DNA from: an uncultured delta proteobacterium | GTDB lineage: Bacteria > Desulfobacterota > Desulfobacteria > Desulfobacterales > Desulfatirhabdiaceae | Length of the DNA: 64,000 nt | Assembly: GCA_963789395.1 (NCBI GenBank) | Contig: CAWBKP010000024.1 | Coordinates: 224,001 to 288,000, forward strand | Direction of reading: 5' to 3' | Part shown: piece after piece, positions 28,416 to 42,651 of the stretch | Layout: each line of letters opens with the position of its first letter | Position numbering within the stretch: the first letter of the stretch is position 1 | The notes under the pieces: generated by a model | What the model saw: the letters and a program-made list of their open reading frames with translations, nothing else | What the model was told of the DNA's origin: nothing | Database searches by the model: none | Made by a program: the position numbers and the translations under genes

Positions 28416-30870
28416 TTGCCCCCCTTGTCTCAAGCCCATCGCACCTGCGACCTGTGCGGTCTGAGCGCACGATGTACGCCCGCCGATCTGCCAGATTCCG
28501 AAAAACCGCTCTGGTTCTGCTGCCAGGGCTGTAAAATGGTCTATGTCCTGCTCCTGGAAGCAGCCGATGCCCCGCACCCCCGGTCTTTCCGGGAAACCGA
28601 TCTTTTCAAGCGTTGCCAGGCCGCCGGCGTCATACCCCGGTCCGTATCGGATCTGGAGGTCTCCGAAACTACGATCCCGGATGATCGGACAGAGCCGGCC
28701 GATCGTCAATCCGGTCATCAGCTCGTTCTTGACCTTCGTATCAGCGGCATGTGGTGCCCGGCATGTGCCTGGGTCATCGAGACCGCCGCACTCAGGCTGT
28801 CAGGTGTTCGGCAGTCATCCTGCAGCTTTTCCTCGGATCGCTTTCGCTGCAGCTATGATCCGCTCACCACATCGCCTGCGTTGATTGTTCGGGCAATTGA
28901 AATGCTGGGGTACACCACCGCACCTCCCGGCAGTGACGGATATCTTCGGGAAAGGAAAACCGACTGGGTTCGATTTGGGATCAGCGCCTTTCTGACCCTC
29001 AACATCATGATGCTGTCACTGGCGCTTTACACCGGGTTTTTCACACCGCTGACCGCAGGAGACATTCAAATGATCGGCTGGCCGGTTTTTGCCATGGCAA
29101 CCGCTGTATTGATTTACGGGGGTCGGCCGATATTTCGGAAAGCCTGGCATGGACTGATGGCCGGATCAGCCGGTATGGAAGCCCTCATCAGCATGGGGGC
29201 TGTAAGCGCCTACGGGTACAGCCTGTACAATTTATGGCAGGGGAATCTCCATCTGTATTTTGATACGGCAACCATGCTCATCACCCTGGTGCTTCTGGGA
29301 AAACTCATCGAAGGCAATGTCAAAAAGAACATACAGGCCAATCTTGATGAATTCTTGAATCTGATGCCGAAAAAGGTCAGGCGATGCAGCCCCGGCTTTC
29401 CGGATGGCCGTTACGAAGCTGCGGAGCGGCTGGTCCGAGGTGATGTCTTTATGCTTTCAGATGGCGAAATGGCAGCTGCCGACGGCGTAATCTTAGAAGG
29501 TGCCGGCCGGATCGATATGTCTTCTCTGACCGGGGAACCCATGCCTGTTTCGGTCAAAACCGGAGATGCGGTGTTGAGCGGCAGCAGGCTGCTGAGCGGC
29601 AGGCTTTCCATAAAAGCCTTGGCTGTTGGAAGCCAGGCGACTCTCGGTCAGATGATTCGCCTCATGGAAACCGCCCTCAACCGGAAAATCCCCCTGGAAA
29701 GCAGCACCGATCGGATTTTAAGATGGTTTGTCCCCGGAATTACCCTGGCGGCGGTTTCGACCGGTTTCGGCTGTTATTTGACCGGAAGGCCGCCGGAAGA
29801 AAGCCTGATCCGGGCCATTACCGTCATGGTGATCTCCTGCCCCTGCGCCCTTGGCATCGCCATTCCGCTGGCCCGGGTTGCCGGCATTTCCCTTGCAGCC
29901 GGCAAAGGGCTGCTGGTACGCGATTTTTCCGCATTCGAGCAGGCGGATCGCATCACAACGGTGGTCTTTGACAAGACAGGCACCCTGACCACCGGAAGAT
30001 GGTCTCTGCAAAAAATCGTTTGTCTGGGAACTTATGAAGAAGCGCAAATATTGGCTTATGCGGCGGCGCTTGAAACCGGCTCCAGCCACTTTATCGCAGT
30101 AGAAATCCGAGGCAGGGCGCATCAGCAGCATATAGACATCCCGGATGCCGAAGCCATCGATGTTATGGAACAGGGCATCGAAGGCATGGTGGACGGACTT
30201 GGTTGTCAAAATCGGCTCTCCTGCCTGGGTGAATCCACAAAACATCGGATTGGCAAGTGATGAAACAGATACCACTGCCGAAGGTGTTTCGCGGGTATTC
30301 ATGAGCATTTCAGGTCAGCCGGCTGCTATTTTCATTTTCGGCGACCGGATCCGGCCGACAGCCTTTGGGGCCCTGAATTCGCTGCGACGAATGGGAAAAA
30401 AGCTGGTGATGATTTCCGGAGACGAGCCTCGGGCCGTGAAAATCGTGGCGGAATCGCTTGGTATCTCAATTTATAAAGGCGGATTGACGCCAAGGGAAAA
30501 AGCGGAATTCATTGGGGCGCTTTGCAAAAGCGGCGAGAAAACGGCCATGGTGGGAGATGGCCTCAACGATGCGCCGGCGCTGGCACGCGCGGATCTGGCG
30601 GTTGCTGTCCATTCCGGCCATCCGCTGGATCGTGAAACCGCCGGAATCATCCTGATGCGCGGTGATCCGGCCCAGTTGCCGGAACTGCTGGATCTGGCCC
30701 GGCACGTCAATGGTAAAATCACCCAGAACCTCGGGTGGGCGCTTGTCTACAATCTGATCAGCATTCCGATAGCCGTCAGCGGGCTACTCAATCCATTGAT
30801 TGCCGTAACCGCCATGCTGATGAGCAGCCTCAGCGTAGTCGGAAACACCCTGCTGTTGATAAAAGAATAA
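28416..30870 (+). CDS. ccoI: Cu-transporting P1B-type ATPase CcoI/FixI (indel near 30200)
   Basis: CDLCG..FCCQGC, GMWCPAC, SSLTGEP, ISCPCALG, FDKTGT, GDGLNDAP. Confidence 0.85.
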
Positions 30871-30894
30871 AGCTAATGCCGCTTCGGGCACATC

Positions 30895-31587
30895 TCACAG
30901 CATCAGCATAAGATTGGCGGTTCGAAATAACAGATTCAAACCCATTCCCAGCATGAGCAGCCCCGACAGGATGTCGGACTGGCGTCGAAACCGTCGCATG
31001 ATGGCTCCGATTCCCGTACCCAGAAGCAAAAGTCCCGGAAGGGTGCCAAGTCCAAAAGCGCCGGTCAGGAGCATTCCCTTTATTACGGATTCGGCCGGCA
31101 GTGCCGGGCAAACGCGCCATAGGACAGCCCGCAGGGCAGGAGCCCCATCATCAGCCCCAGCAGCACCATCCCCGCCACCTTGCTGTCCTGAAGGGCCGCC
31201 TGGACCATCCGGCGGTATCCGGGAATGCGTACAGGGGTTGCGGCCGCCATCCATGCAGGTTCGGAAATCAGGCCGATTCGGCTGATACCGAAAAGAAAAA
31301 GAAACATGGTGGCGATCAAGGAAAAACCGAATTTGCCCGCATGCCAGCCAGACCTGAGGATCGGATGACATGGTCGCGGCGATTTGCGGCAGCACGCCTC
31401 CGATTGCAGCCATGAATGCTCCGGCCGCACAGTAAGTTGTTATCCTCCCAAAATGGTAATACAGATGCGGCATGAACACCCCTGACCGCCCGGGGAAGGC
31501 AATGATCAAGGGGCCGCACATGCCGATGCAATGCCCCTGAGCCAGAAGGCCAAGGGTAAACATGGAGAAAATATCGACAGTTTCCAT
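30895..31587 (-). CDS. DsbD_2/TauE-like (sulfite exporter family) cbb3 maturation membrane protein (indels)
   Basis: GHCIGMCGP, YHFGRITTY, GLLPCGLSY (alternate frame), FGLGTLP. Confidence 0.78.
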   Translation of the reverse strand: METVDIFSMFTLGLLAQGHCIGMCGPLIIAFPGRSGVFMPHLYYHFGRITTYCAAGAFMAAIGGVLPQIAATMSSDPQVWLACGQIRFFLDRHHVSFSFRYQPNRPDFRTCMDGGRNPCTHSRIPPDGPGGPSGQQGGGDGAAGADDGAPALRAVLWRVCPALPAESVIKGMLLTGAFGLGTLPGLLLLGTGIGAIMRRFRRQSDILSGLLMLGMGLNLLFRTANLMLML

Positions 31588-31601
31588 GGATATCCCGGAC
31601 G

Positions 31602-31850
31602 CTACATCCTTTCGATATTCCCGCGCAACTGGGCGATCTCGATGCCCAGGCCGACACACTTTTTGCCCAGAAGACAGGATTCCGCATCGCCGGGTTCCAG
31701 ATAGGTTTTCAGCTCGTGGTTGTCTTTTTTCAGGTCCACGACCCACCTGTTCTGGGTTTCATCATAATCCACCTCGACGTTAATGCCGCATGCGCCGATG
31801 TCCGGATATATTTCTCTGATTTTTTTGCAAATTTGATTTTTGTCCATCAT
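31602..31850 (-). CDS. Small conserved-looking hypothetical protein
   Basis: RBS GGAGG; IREIYPDIGACGI..CLLGKKCVGLG; 82 aa. Confidence 0.6.
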   Translation of the reverse strand: MMDKNQICKKIREIYPDIGACGINVEVDYDETQNRWVVDLKKDNHELKTYLEPGDAESCLLGKKCVGLGIEIAQLRGNIERM

Positions 31851-32264
31851 GAGGTGCCTCCTTGTTTAGAATGATTGTAACAACTCAGGCATACAGAATA
31901 AAGGCGTCAGAATTCAGAATGACCTGCATGAAAGCCTCGAGCTTTTTACCGACTTCTTTAATTAAACGGGCTGGCTCAGAAACATGAGACCCTGGACAAG
32001 TAACAAATAACATCACGATTCTTCCAGGAAATTCGGACGACATTAAAAAACAAATCTGATGGGTCCCTGCATCTGGCTTTAAACTGACCAAAAGTTCTGA
32101 TTTTTTTTAATAGTAACCACACAAGTTGACGGAAGCAATATAATTCTGTTCTTGACGCTGCAACTTTTCTGCATCATAGAATAATGTGGCAGCAAAAAAA
32201 TAGAGATACTGAAAAAAATATTGTTGAAAAAATCAAGAACAGGAATTGTGTGAATCGGCCATAA

Positions 32265-34835
<2,571 letters not shown>

Positions 34836-35064
34836 TTATCCTCTGATCGAAAAAATTATTATACGCAGCAAATAATGGGTCGAGCAAGGAAGATGTATAA
34901 TTCAGGATAAATATGACTGATTTTGCGGAGGCTTTTTTCGAAATGCTTCTTTCCTGCCCGAGGCTCCGTTACTGCTTGAGCGCCGCGCGGACAAAAGTTT
35001 GCGATCCGGTCCTCTGGACGGTTAACCGCTTACCGTAAAAATAACACGACAGGAGGTTGTTTAG

Positions 35065-36309
35065 ATGAAAACTGAAGAGCACAGTTTAAATGCCTTAATA
35101 GAACAAATACCCAGTCCGGTTTTTATAAAAAATCAGGATGGCAAATATACCGGGTGTAATCAGGCCTTTTCATCTCTAACAGGAATTGCACGGGATCAGA
35201 TTGTCGGCAAAACCGTTTTTGATGTCATCGATAGAGAAATGGCTGAAAAAAGTCACCGTAACGATCTGGAACTACTGAAAAACGGAACCCGGCAGCGGTT
35301 CATATGGAGATTGAACTTATCGGACGGGGAAAGCCGGGATGTCATATTCGAAAATGGGGCTCTACAGGACGATAAAGGCAGGATAACCGGTATTATCGGC
35401 GTGCTTTCGGACATCACGGAGCTGCAAAAGGCTGAAAACGCACTCAACGAAAGCAACGAACGGCTTGAAACCTTGTTGTTCATGCTTCCGGTGGGGATTA
35501 TCCTGATCGATTACGAAACCAGGCTCATCATGGAAATGAACCCCTATGCTGTAATGATTCTGGGGTATGCCAAGGAGCAGGTCGTCGGCCGGAAATGTCA
35601 TGAGTGCATCTGTCCGATAACCGCCGGATCCTGCCCTATTCAAGACCCTGAAATGGAGATCGACCGATCGGAAGGGCAGCTGATTCATGCATCCGGGGAG
35701 CGAATTCCAGTTTTTAAGTCTGCAATTACGATGAAATTCGATGGTAAAACCGTCATTGTTGAATGTTTCCAGGATATCAGCGACATTAAAAAACTTGAAG
35801 AGCAGTTGAAGGATCTGGCGCGAACCGATTACTTGACCGGTCTTTTCAACAGAATGTTTTTTTATGACAGAGCCCAACAGGAGCTGTTCCGATCCTTCAG
35901 ATACCAAAGAAATCTTTCCGTCATTGCTTTTGATATCGACTATTTCAAGAGAGTAAATGATCAGTTCGGACACCCTGCCGGGGATGCGGTGCTGCGCAGG
36001 ATCAGCGGTATCTGCAGGGATGTTTTTCGCCAAACCGATATCATCGGGCGTCTCGGAGGGGAAGAATTCGGTATAATTCTGATAGAGTGCAATCTGCAGC
36101 ACGCGGAAATCGCAGCGGAACGGTTGCGGCAACGGGTGGCATCGGAGATTTTCGAGTATGATAAAATCGCTATCCGCTGTACGATCAGCCTGGGGATTAC
36201 CGCGCGCTCAGAAAATACTGATGATGTGGATTCCCTGATGAAACGGGCGGACAACGAACTGTACCGCGCAAAAAACTCAGGGCGGAACTGTATTTGTAAA
36301 AGTGAATGA
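35065..36309 (+). CDS. PAS-PAS-GGDEF diguanylate cyclase
   Basis: Two PAS domains; DYLTGLFNR, DIDYFKRVND.FGH, RQTD I-site, GGEEF. Confidence 0.94.
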   Translation: MKTEEHSLNALIEQIPSPVFIKNQDGKYTGCNQAFSSLTGIARDQIVGKTVFDVIDREMAEKSHRNDLELLKNGTRQRFIWRLNLSDGESRDVIFENGALQDDKGRITGIIGVLSDITELQKAENALNESNERLETLLFMLPVGIILIDYETRLIMEMNPYAVMILGYAKEQVVGRKCHECICPITAGSCPIQDPEMEIDRSEGQLIHASGERIPVFKSAITMKFDGKTVIVECFQDISDIKKLEEQLKDLARTDYLTGLFNRMFFYDRAQQELFRSFRYQRNLSVIAFDIDYFKRVNDQFGHPAGDAVLRRISGICRDVFRQTDIIGRLGGEEFGIILIECNLQHAEIAAERLRQRVASEIFEYDKIAIRCTISLGITARSENTDDVDSLMKRADNELYRAKNSGRNCICKSE

Positions 36310-36492
36310 AGGCCTGCTGGCAAGGCGTCAGAGACATTGTGACGTTATGCGTTCAGGCCGCTTGTGACAATCTTATTGTTAAGCCTTTTGAAAAAGACAT
36401 CGTAGCAAAGAAACTTGCGGAACTTGGAATGGTTACTTGACTGGACACCGTGCCGAACCTGAAACATACCCATGGAAGGGGTTACGTCCGAT

Positions 36493-39400
36493 TCATATCA
36501 TCCGTTCGATTTCGTCGAAGGTTTTTTCAATGCGCTTGAGGGAAACCGGAAAAGCGGTTTTCAGTTCCTGGGCGTAAACAGAAACCTTGTATTCCTCGAT
36601 CATCCAGAAGAGATCCGAAATCGCCTGCTGCTTCTTTTCCGTTGCATGCGGAGAAAGCTGTTCCTGAAGTGTCTGATGCCTGTCTGAGAGGATCCGAAGT
36701 TCACGGCTCTTTATCTGATCTTTGTCAAAATCCAGCCAGGCCCGCTGGGCACGGATCGCAACGGCCCGAATGTAGCGGATCAGGTGGGGGAATCGCTCGT
36801 CATCATACTGTGTCATGAAATCTTCCGGCACCAGCGTGCGGAGCTGTTCTTTCAGCGCAAGCCAGAAGTGTTTTGCGACGGTATTGGCTGCATTATTTCG
36901 GATCAGGCCGTCGATCGCGTTGACTGCTTCTGACAGGGCTTCAAGGACTTCCAGGCTGCCGTCCAGGAGTTTTTTGGCAAAGGACGCCATGTCCGGAAAC
37001 GTTTTTTCCGTATGGGTGATGAATTCACTCCTGGATCGGATGTTTTTCGAAAACAGCCGAATTACCACCGCACGATAAAGCGTATTCTGGAGTTTTTTTA
37101 CCCCGCCCCATTTTTCAGCCAGATTGACACGATGCCTGGGAATTGTCAGATATTTCTGAAGAAATTTCATTTCCCTGGCGTAAACGATTTCAACCAGTCC
37201 GGCTACGCCCCGGCAGTGGGCCTGAAGCCCCTGGCCGGGGTCTTCAAAGAGACGAAGACTGACACTGCCGTTGACCGGATTTTTGACAAAAGCGGGAAAG
37301 AGCGTCCAGGTGGCCCCGGCATCTCCCGGGATCGTTATGGCATCCGGAAGCTCCGCAGAATTCCATTCCGTGACGGAGGATCGTTCCCAGTTTTTTCTGG
37401 CCAGATCAAGCGCAGCAGGAGTGATGCGCTGCGGCGCAAGATGTTCCAGAACAGACAAATCTCTGCTGCTGCATATTACCTTGCCTTCGGGACTGGTAAT
37501 GGCGATGCGCATTTTAAGATAATCCGGCAGTGCTTCTTCTGACCAGGCCGAGGCCGGAATATTGATGCCAAAACGATGGTAGATGAACCGGCTGAGCGTG
37601 GTTGCCAGATTTTCGATCTCGCGGGGCATTTCCGTGACAAGAATGTCAACGGTGCGGGAGATGGGAACCAGTTTTTTCCGGTGGATCTTGGGAAGGGCCT
37701 TTAACAGGGCGCCGATTTTTTCCTTCAGAAGCCCGGGGACCATCCAGTCGAGCGATTCTTTGGGAATAACCGGCGCTGCAGAAGACGGAATCTGCACGGT
37801 GATTCCGTCTTCTGCAGCGCCGGGATCAAAACTGTACAGACACGAAAATTGATTGCCACCCAACGCGACCTTGTCCGGATACAGCGCCAGTTCCTCGGCG
37901 TCCGGAGCATACCGCAGCAAATCATCCTGCTTCATGCACAGAAATCCGTCCTCTCCCGTATCTTTCAGAAATTTCTGAAACGTCCGGATATCATAAATTG
38001 ATTCCGGAATCCGGCGGCGGTAGAAATCATAGAGATCCGCTTCACCGACGAGCAGGTCTTTGCGCCGGAACCGGTTCTCCATATCCTGAATTTCTGCAAT
38101 CAGATTGCGGTTGCGGGCCATGAACGCAAACGGCTTTTTGACGTCGCCTTCCACCAGGGCGCTTTGGACAAATATATTTGATGCTGCCACAGGATCGATC
38201 CGGCCATAGCATACCGGCCGCTGGCTGACGATAATCAGGCCAAAGAGGCTGACCTGCTCGAGCGCCACGACTTCCCCTCGGCTTCGTTCCCAGTGCGCCT
38301 GGCTCCACGTGTAGCGGCAAAGGGGCTTTCCCAGTTCTTCAAGCCACCTGGCATCAATACCTGCGACAACCCGGGCAAAAAGACGCGAGGTTTCCACCAT
38401 TTCCGCTGCAACAATCCAGTTGCCGGCCTTGTTGAAAATGCCTGAGCCCGGGAAAATCATGACTTCACGATCCCGCGCGGCTTTGAAGATGTTTTTTTCT
38501 TTTTTCAGGGCGATGTTGGAAAGAAATCCGCTGAGAATCGAGCGGTGGATGGCGCGGTAACGGTCCGTGAAATCCTCTCCTGGCCCTCGCTTTTACAAAG
38601 GGGGGAGGAATCTGTCCTGTCTGTATTGAAATGGGGGCTTCCATCCGTTTCAGAAGAAATGATTTTAAATTCTCTGGCAATTTCAGAAAGCTGGAAGTGG
38701 ATGTCCCGCCATTCCCGCATCCGTTTAAACGAGAGAAAATGGCGGGTGCAGAACCGTTTCAACCCGCCGGTGGATTGATCTGTTTCCCGGAGTTGGTGGT
38801 AATGGTTCCAGATGTTTAACAGAGCGATAAAATCCGATGACGGGTCGCTGAAAAGCCGGTGCATGGCATCGGCCTGCTGAGCCTTTTCAGCGGGTCTTTC
38901 CCGGGGATCCTGAATACACAGCGCAGCTATGATGACGGCAATCTCCGGAACGCACCCCTCAGTCCGGGACTGAAGCAGAATCCGGGAAAGCCGGGGATCT
39001 ACCGGGATTCTGGACATCATCCGACCCTGCTCGGTCAGCATAAACGGATGATCCGAAGATCCGCTCTTTACGGCCTTCGATTTTTCACTGTCACGTGATT
39101 TCGCAGTCTTGTCGTCCGTCTTTTGAATGGCGCCAAGTTCGGTCAGCAGGTCAAAACCATCCGAGATGCTGCGGGAATCGGGTTGGTCAATAAACGGAAA
39201 ATCCGTGATGGAGCCCAGTTTCAAGGCCATCATTCTCAAGATGACTTCCGCCAGGTTGGATCTGAGGATTTCCGGACGGGTAAACTGGGGCCGGGACAGA
39301 TAATCTTCTTCGGAATAGAGGCGGATGCAGATGCCGTTTTCCATGCGGCCGCAGCGGCCTTTTCGCTGATCCGCGCTGCTCCTGCTGATGGCCCGGACCT

Positions 39401-40442
39401 GAAGGGATGTGGTCCGGGACCGGGGGGTGTACTGGGAAATCCGGGCAAGGCCGGCATCGATCACATACTTTACTCCGGGAATGGTCAGGGAGGTTTCGGC
39501 GATGTTGGTGGCGACGATGATTTTCCGGCCTGGGGCAGGCAAAAACGCACGGGCCTGATCCCTGGCGGAAAGTCTGGCATACAGGGGAAGAGCGGTAACA
39601 TGCTGCAGGTTTCTGCCATCAATCAACTCGCAGGTTTCCCGGATATCCTGCTCGGTGGGCATGAAAATGAGCACATCACCGAAAGGCTCCTGCCGACAGA
39701 GCCGCTCCAGGGCCTGTACCGCCAGTTCGACAGGGGTTGGCTCATCGTCCGAATCGGATGGCGCATCCGGCGGCAGGTAGCGGACTTCGACCGGGTACAT
39801 GCGTCCGGACACCTCGATTACCGGCGCCCCGTCAAAAGCCCTGGAGAACTTTTCCGTGTCGATGGTGGCGGAGGTGATAATCAGTTTCAGGTCGTTTCTC
39901 TTCCGGAGCAGGGTTTTGGCAATTCCCAGGATAAAATCAATGTTCAAGCTGCGTTCGTGGGCTTCATCCACGATGAGGGTGTCGTAACGCTTCAGAAAAG
40001 GATCATTAAGGGTCTCAGCCAGCAGGATGCCATCGGTCATGATCTTGATGATCGACTGGCGACTGGTCCGATCGGTAAAGCGGATTTTGTACCCGACACT
40101 CCGGCCGAGGGTCTCGCCCAGCTCTTCTGCGATGCGGGTTGCCACGGTCATGGCAGCGATGCGTCGCGGCTGGGTGCAGCCGATTACACCGTTAAGCCCC
40201 CGGCCGGCATCCAGACAGAATTTGGGAAGCTGTGTGGTTTTGCCGGAGCCGGTTTCACCGGAAACGATTACGACCGGGTGATCGGAAATGGCCTGGATGA
40301 TTTCGTCTTTTTTGTCAATAATGGGAAGGGCAGGGTCGTAAACACGGTTGGGAAGACTTGCTCCGACAGGTCCAGTCCGGTACGGACCGGGCGTTGGATC
40401 AATAGAGGGATGGTGCAGAGGATTTCTAAAACGCGGATGCAT
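36493..40442 (-). CDS. hrpA: ATP-dependent RNA helicase HrpA (indel near 38570-38640)
   Basis: GETGSGKTTQ, DEAHERS, SAT, QRKGRCGR; continues YRAIHRSILSGFLSNI into the DUF3418-type C-terminus (IEEYKVSVYAQEL). Confidence 0.9.
38570..38612. repeat. Degenerate CCCCCTTT..AAAGGGGG-type palindromic repeat inside hrpA
   Basis: AAATCCTCTCCTGGCCCTCGCTTTTACAAAGGGGGGAGGAATC; a similar hairpin lies at 40508-40530. Confidence 0.4.
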
Positions 40443-40571
40443 TGCCTGGAAAGGGGATCATCATGATGTAAACAAAGGGGGCCGGAGTCATGGCCATGTT
40501 CTCATTTCCCCCTTGGAGAAAAAGGGGGAGGACAGATCTTTAAGGGAACGGATCGAATCACGACCTGGCAA

Positions 40572-42290
40572 TTATGCGGATTCCGAATTGCTCGGGGAAT
40601 CCGAGGATGCCGGTTCATCCGGACCAGCGGCCGGACTCTTTTTCTTGTTGTATCGGCGGCGCCTGCGTTTCTTTTTAACGGGAGCGGGTTCAGCGGATTC
40701 GGCCGGCGGCGGTTCTTTCGGCAAATTCAGAGAATCATCTGTGCGGTTCTCTTCTGAGGGTGCCGGAGCGCATTCTGGAACATCAGACTGGGGCGTTTCC
40801 TCAAAATCCATGATATCATCGTCTTCAAGCGGCTCGGAAGCTGATGCTGAAAAATCGAACCCTTCGGGCGGTTCCGGGGCAAAGCCGAAAAAAGTTCCCG
40901 GAAAATAATTTTCTCCCCGGGGAATGGTGAATTTAAAGGCGGGCATTTCTTTTCTGCGGTCGGACCGATCGATGCGATCACCACGGTCGCTGCCGCGTTT
41001 GGGTGCGGCAGCGCGCGGCTTTCTTTCAGGCTTGCGCGCTCTGTCCTGGGAATAGCGGTTTCGGGGGACAGGCCCGGCTTTGTCTTCCTTGAACCAGTCG
41101 TCTTCGGGCCATACCACGGGAATCTTTGCATTCAGGAGGGATTCCAGCGGTTCCAGATGAAAGACGTAGGCTTCACAGGCAAAGGCAATGGATTTGCCGG
41201 TTTTTCCGGCTCTTGCGGTGCGGCCGATGCGATGGACATAATTTTCCGGGTCCTGGGGAAGATCGAAATTGATGACATGGCTGATATCCTCCACATGGAT
41301 ACCCCGGGAAGCCACATCTGTTGCAATCAGCATCTTGATCTTTCCTTCCTTGAACTGCTCCATCAGCTTGAATCGCTTCTGCTGGGGCAGATCGCCGGTA
41401 ATTCCCTCAGCCGGCCACCCGTTTCCCTTGAGTTTGGCCGATAGCCATTCGACACCGGACTTGGTGTTTACGAAAATCAGGATGCGTTCCCAGGTCTCTC
41501 TTTCCAGAAGTCCGAGAAGCAGGGACAATTTCTGATCGGAGCCAACGTGAATAAGGGACTGTTCGATGCCGTCAACCGCGACCTCCTCGGGAGTAATGGA
41601 AATAAATTCCGGAAGGTTCATGTACTCATAGGTCAGTTCCATCACGCGGAAAGACAGGGTTGCGGAAAAAAGCAGTGACTGGCGCTTGTCGTAACGGGGC
41701 AGTTTTTGAAGGATAAATCGCATGTCCTTGGAAAAGCCAAGATCCAGAAGCCGGTCCGCCTCATCGATCACAATGATTTTAACGCCGCTGGTTTTGAAGA
41801 TGCCCTGCTTGAAATAATCAATGATTCTTCCGGGCGTGCAGATGACGATATCGACGCCGCTTCGCAGAATATCCGCCTGTTTTTGATAATCCACGCCGCC
41901 GACCACCTGGGCGATTGAAAGACCCGTATATTTACCGATGAGGACGGCTTCCTCATAAATCTGAAGTGCCAGTTCGCGGGTAGGAGAGACGATCAGAGCG
42001 CCGGGCTGGCCGGGGACTTTGGGTTCTTCCGTCAGAAGGCGGGTGAATACGGTTACCAGAAAGGCAGCGGTTTTTCCGGTTCCGGTCTGTGCCTGTCCCG
42101 CCACATCTTTTCCGGAAAGGGAAAGGGGCAATGTCTGGGCCTGAATCGGGGTGCACTGGATAAATCCCGCCTCTGCCAGTCCTTTCAGGACAAGTTCAGG
42201 CAGATTCAGGTCGTCAAAATAGGTTTGGGTAAGAAATTTCGGCTTGTCCGCCCGGGGTTCGGAAACGGGTTCATCAAGTATGTCTGTCAT
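40572..42290 (-). CDS. DEAD-box RNA helicase, RhlB-like
   Basis: AQTGTGKT, PTRELA, DEAD, SAT, HRIGRTARAG; low-complexity C-terminal tail. Confidence 0.92.
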   Translation of the reverse strand: MTDILDEPVSEPRADKPKFLTQTYFDDLNLPELVLKGLAEAGFIQCTPIQAQTLPLSLSGKDVAGQAQTGTGKTAAFLVTVFTRLLTEEPKVPGQPGALIVSPTRELALQIYEEAVLIGKYTGLSIAQVVGGVDYQKQADILRSGVDIVICTPGRIIDYFKQGIFKTSGVKIIVIDEADRLLDLGFSKDMRFILQKLPRYDKRQSLLFSATLSFRVMELTYEYMNLPEFISITPEEVAVDGIEQSLIHVGSDQKLSLLLGLLERETWERILIFVNTKSGVEWLSAKLKGNGWPAEGITGDLPQQKRFKLMEQFKEGKIKMLIATDVASRGIHVEDISHVINFDLPQDPENYVHRIGRTARAGKTGKSIAFACEAYVFHLEPLESLLNAKIPVVWPEDDWFKEDKAGPVPRNRYSQDRARKPERKPRAAAPKRGSDRGDRIDRSDRRKEMPAFKFTIPRGENYFPGTFFGFAPEPPEGFDFSASASEPLEDDDIMDFEETPQSDVPECAPAPSEENRTDDSLNLPKEPPPAESAEPAPVKKKRRRRRYNKKKSPAAGPDEPASSDSPSNSESA

Positions 42291-42522
42291 TCATTATCCT
42301 TATCGAAGATCTTTCTTTATGAGGGGTTTTAGGAAAATAGACCCCTGATATCTATTTGATATAATGGCGTTCCAGTACCATCATCATGCATTTTATGGTA
42401 TGATCCATTTTTTTGTATTGTTTTTTCACACAGCATACTCTTTTTTGTGAAATTTTCAAGCATTGATGAACTTGCAACCTGTCGTGGAATTGAAGAAAGA
42501 CGCAAATGCTTAGAAATTTCTC

Positions 42523-42612
42523 GTCATTTCGGGCTCAACCCGGAATCCAGTGAAAATAGCCATAATGCTTTTTTATTCCAGATTTCCGGATTCGGGCATC
42601 CGCCGCATTGAC
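42523..42612. repeat. Degenerate REP-like palindrome related to the 20795 element
   Basis: GTCATTTCGGGCTCAACCCGGAATCCAG resembles GTCATACCGGCGAAAGCCGGTATCCAG. Confidence 0.45.
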
Positions 42613-42651
42613 ATGCAATCTGCGTTTATACGGGAAGAAGCAGACGGGTTT

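Noticed and set aside
34960..35040. Possible c-di-GMP-I riboswitch upstream of the GGDEF gene
   Set aside because: Only a loose 3' resemblance (GACAAAAG...TTACCG); the GG(C/T)AAA P1 start and GAAA tetraloop stem are not evident. An Infernal search with the Rfam model would settle it
39123..40466. 447-aa plus-strand ORF
   Set aside because: Antisense shadow of hrpA
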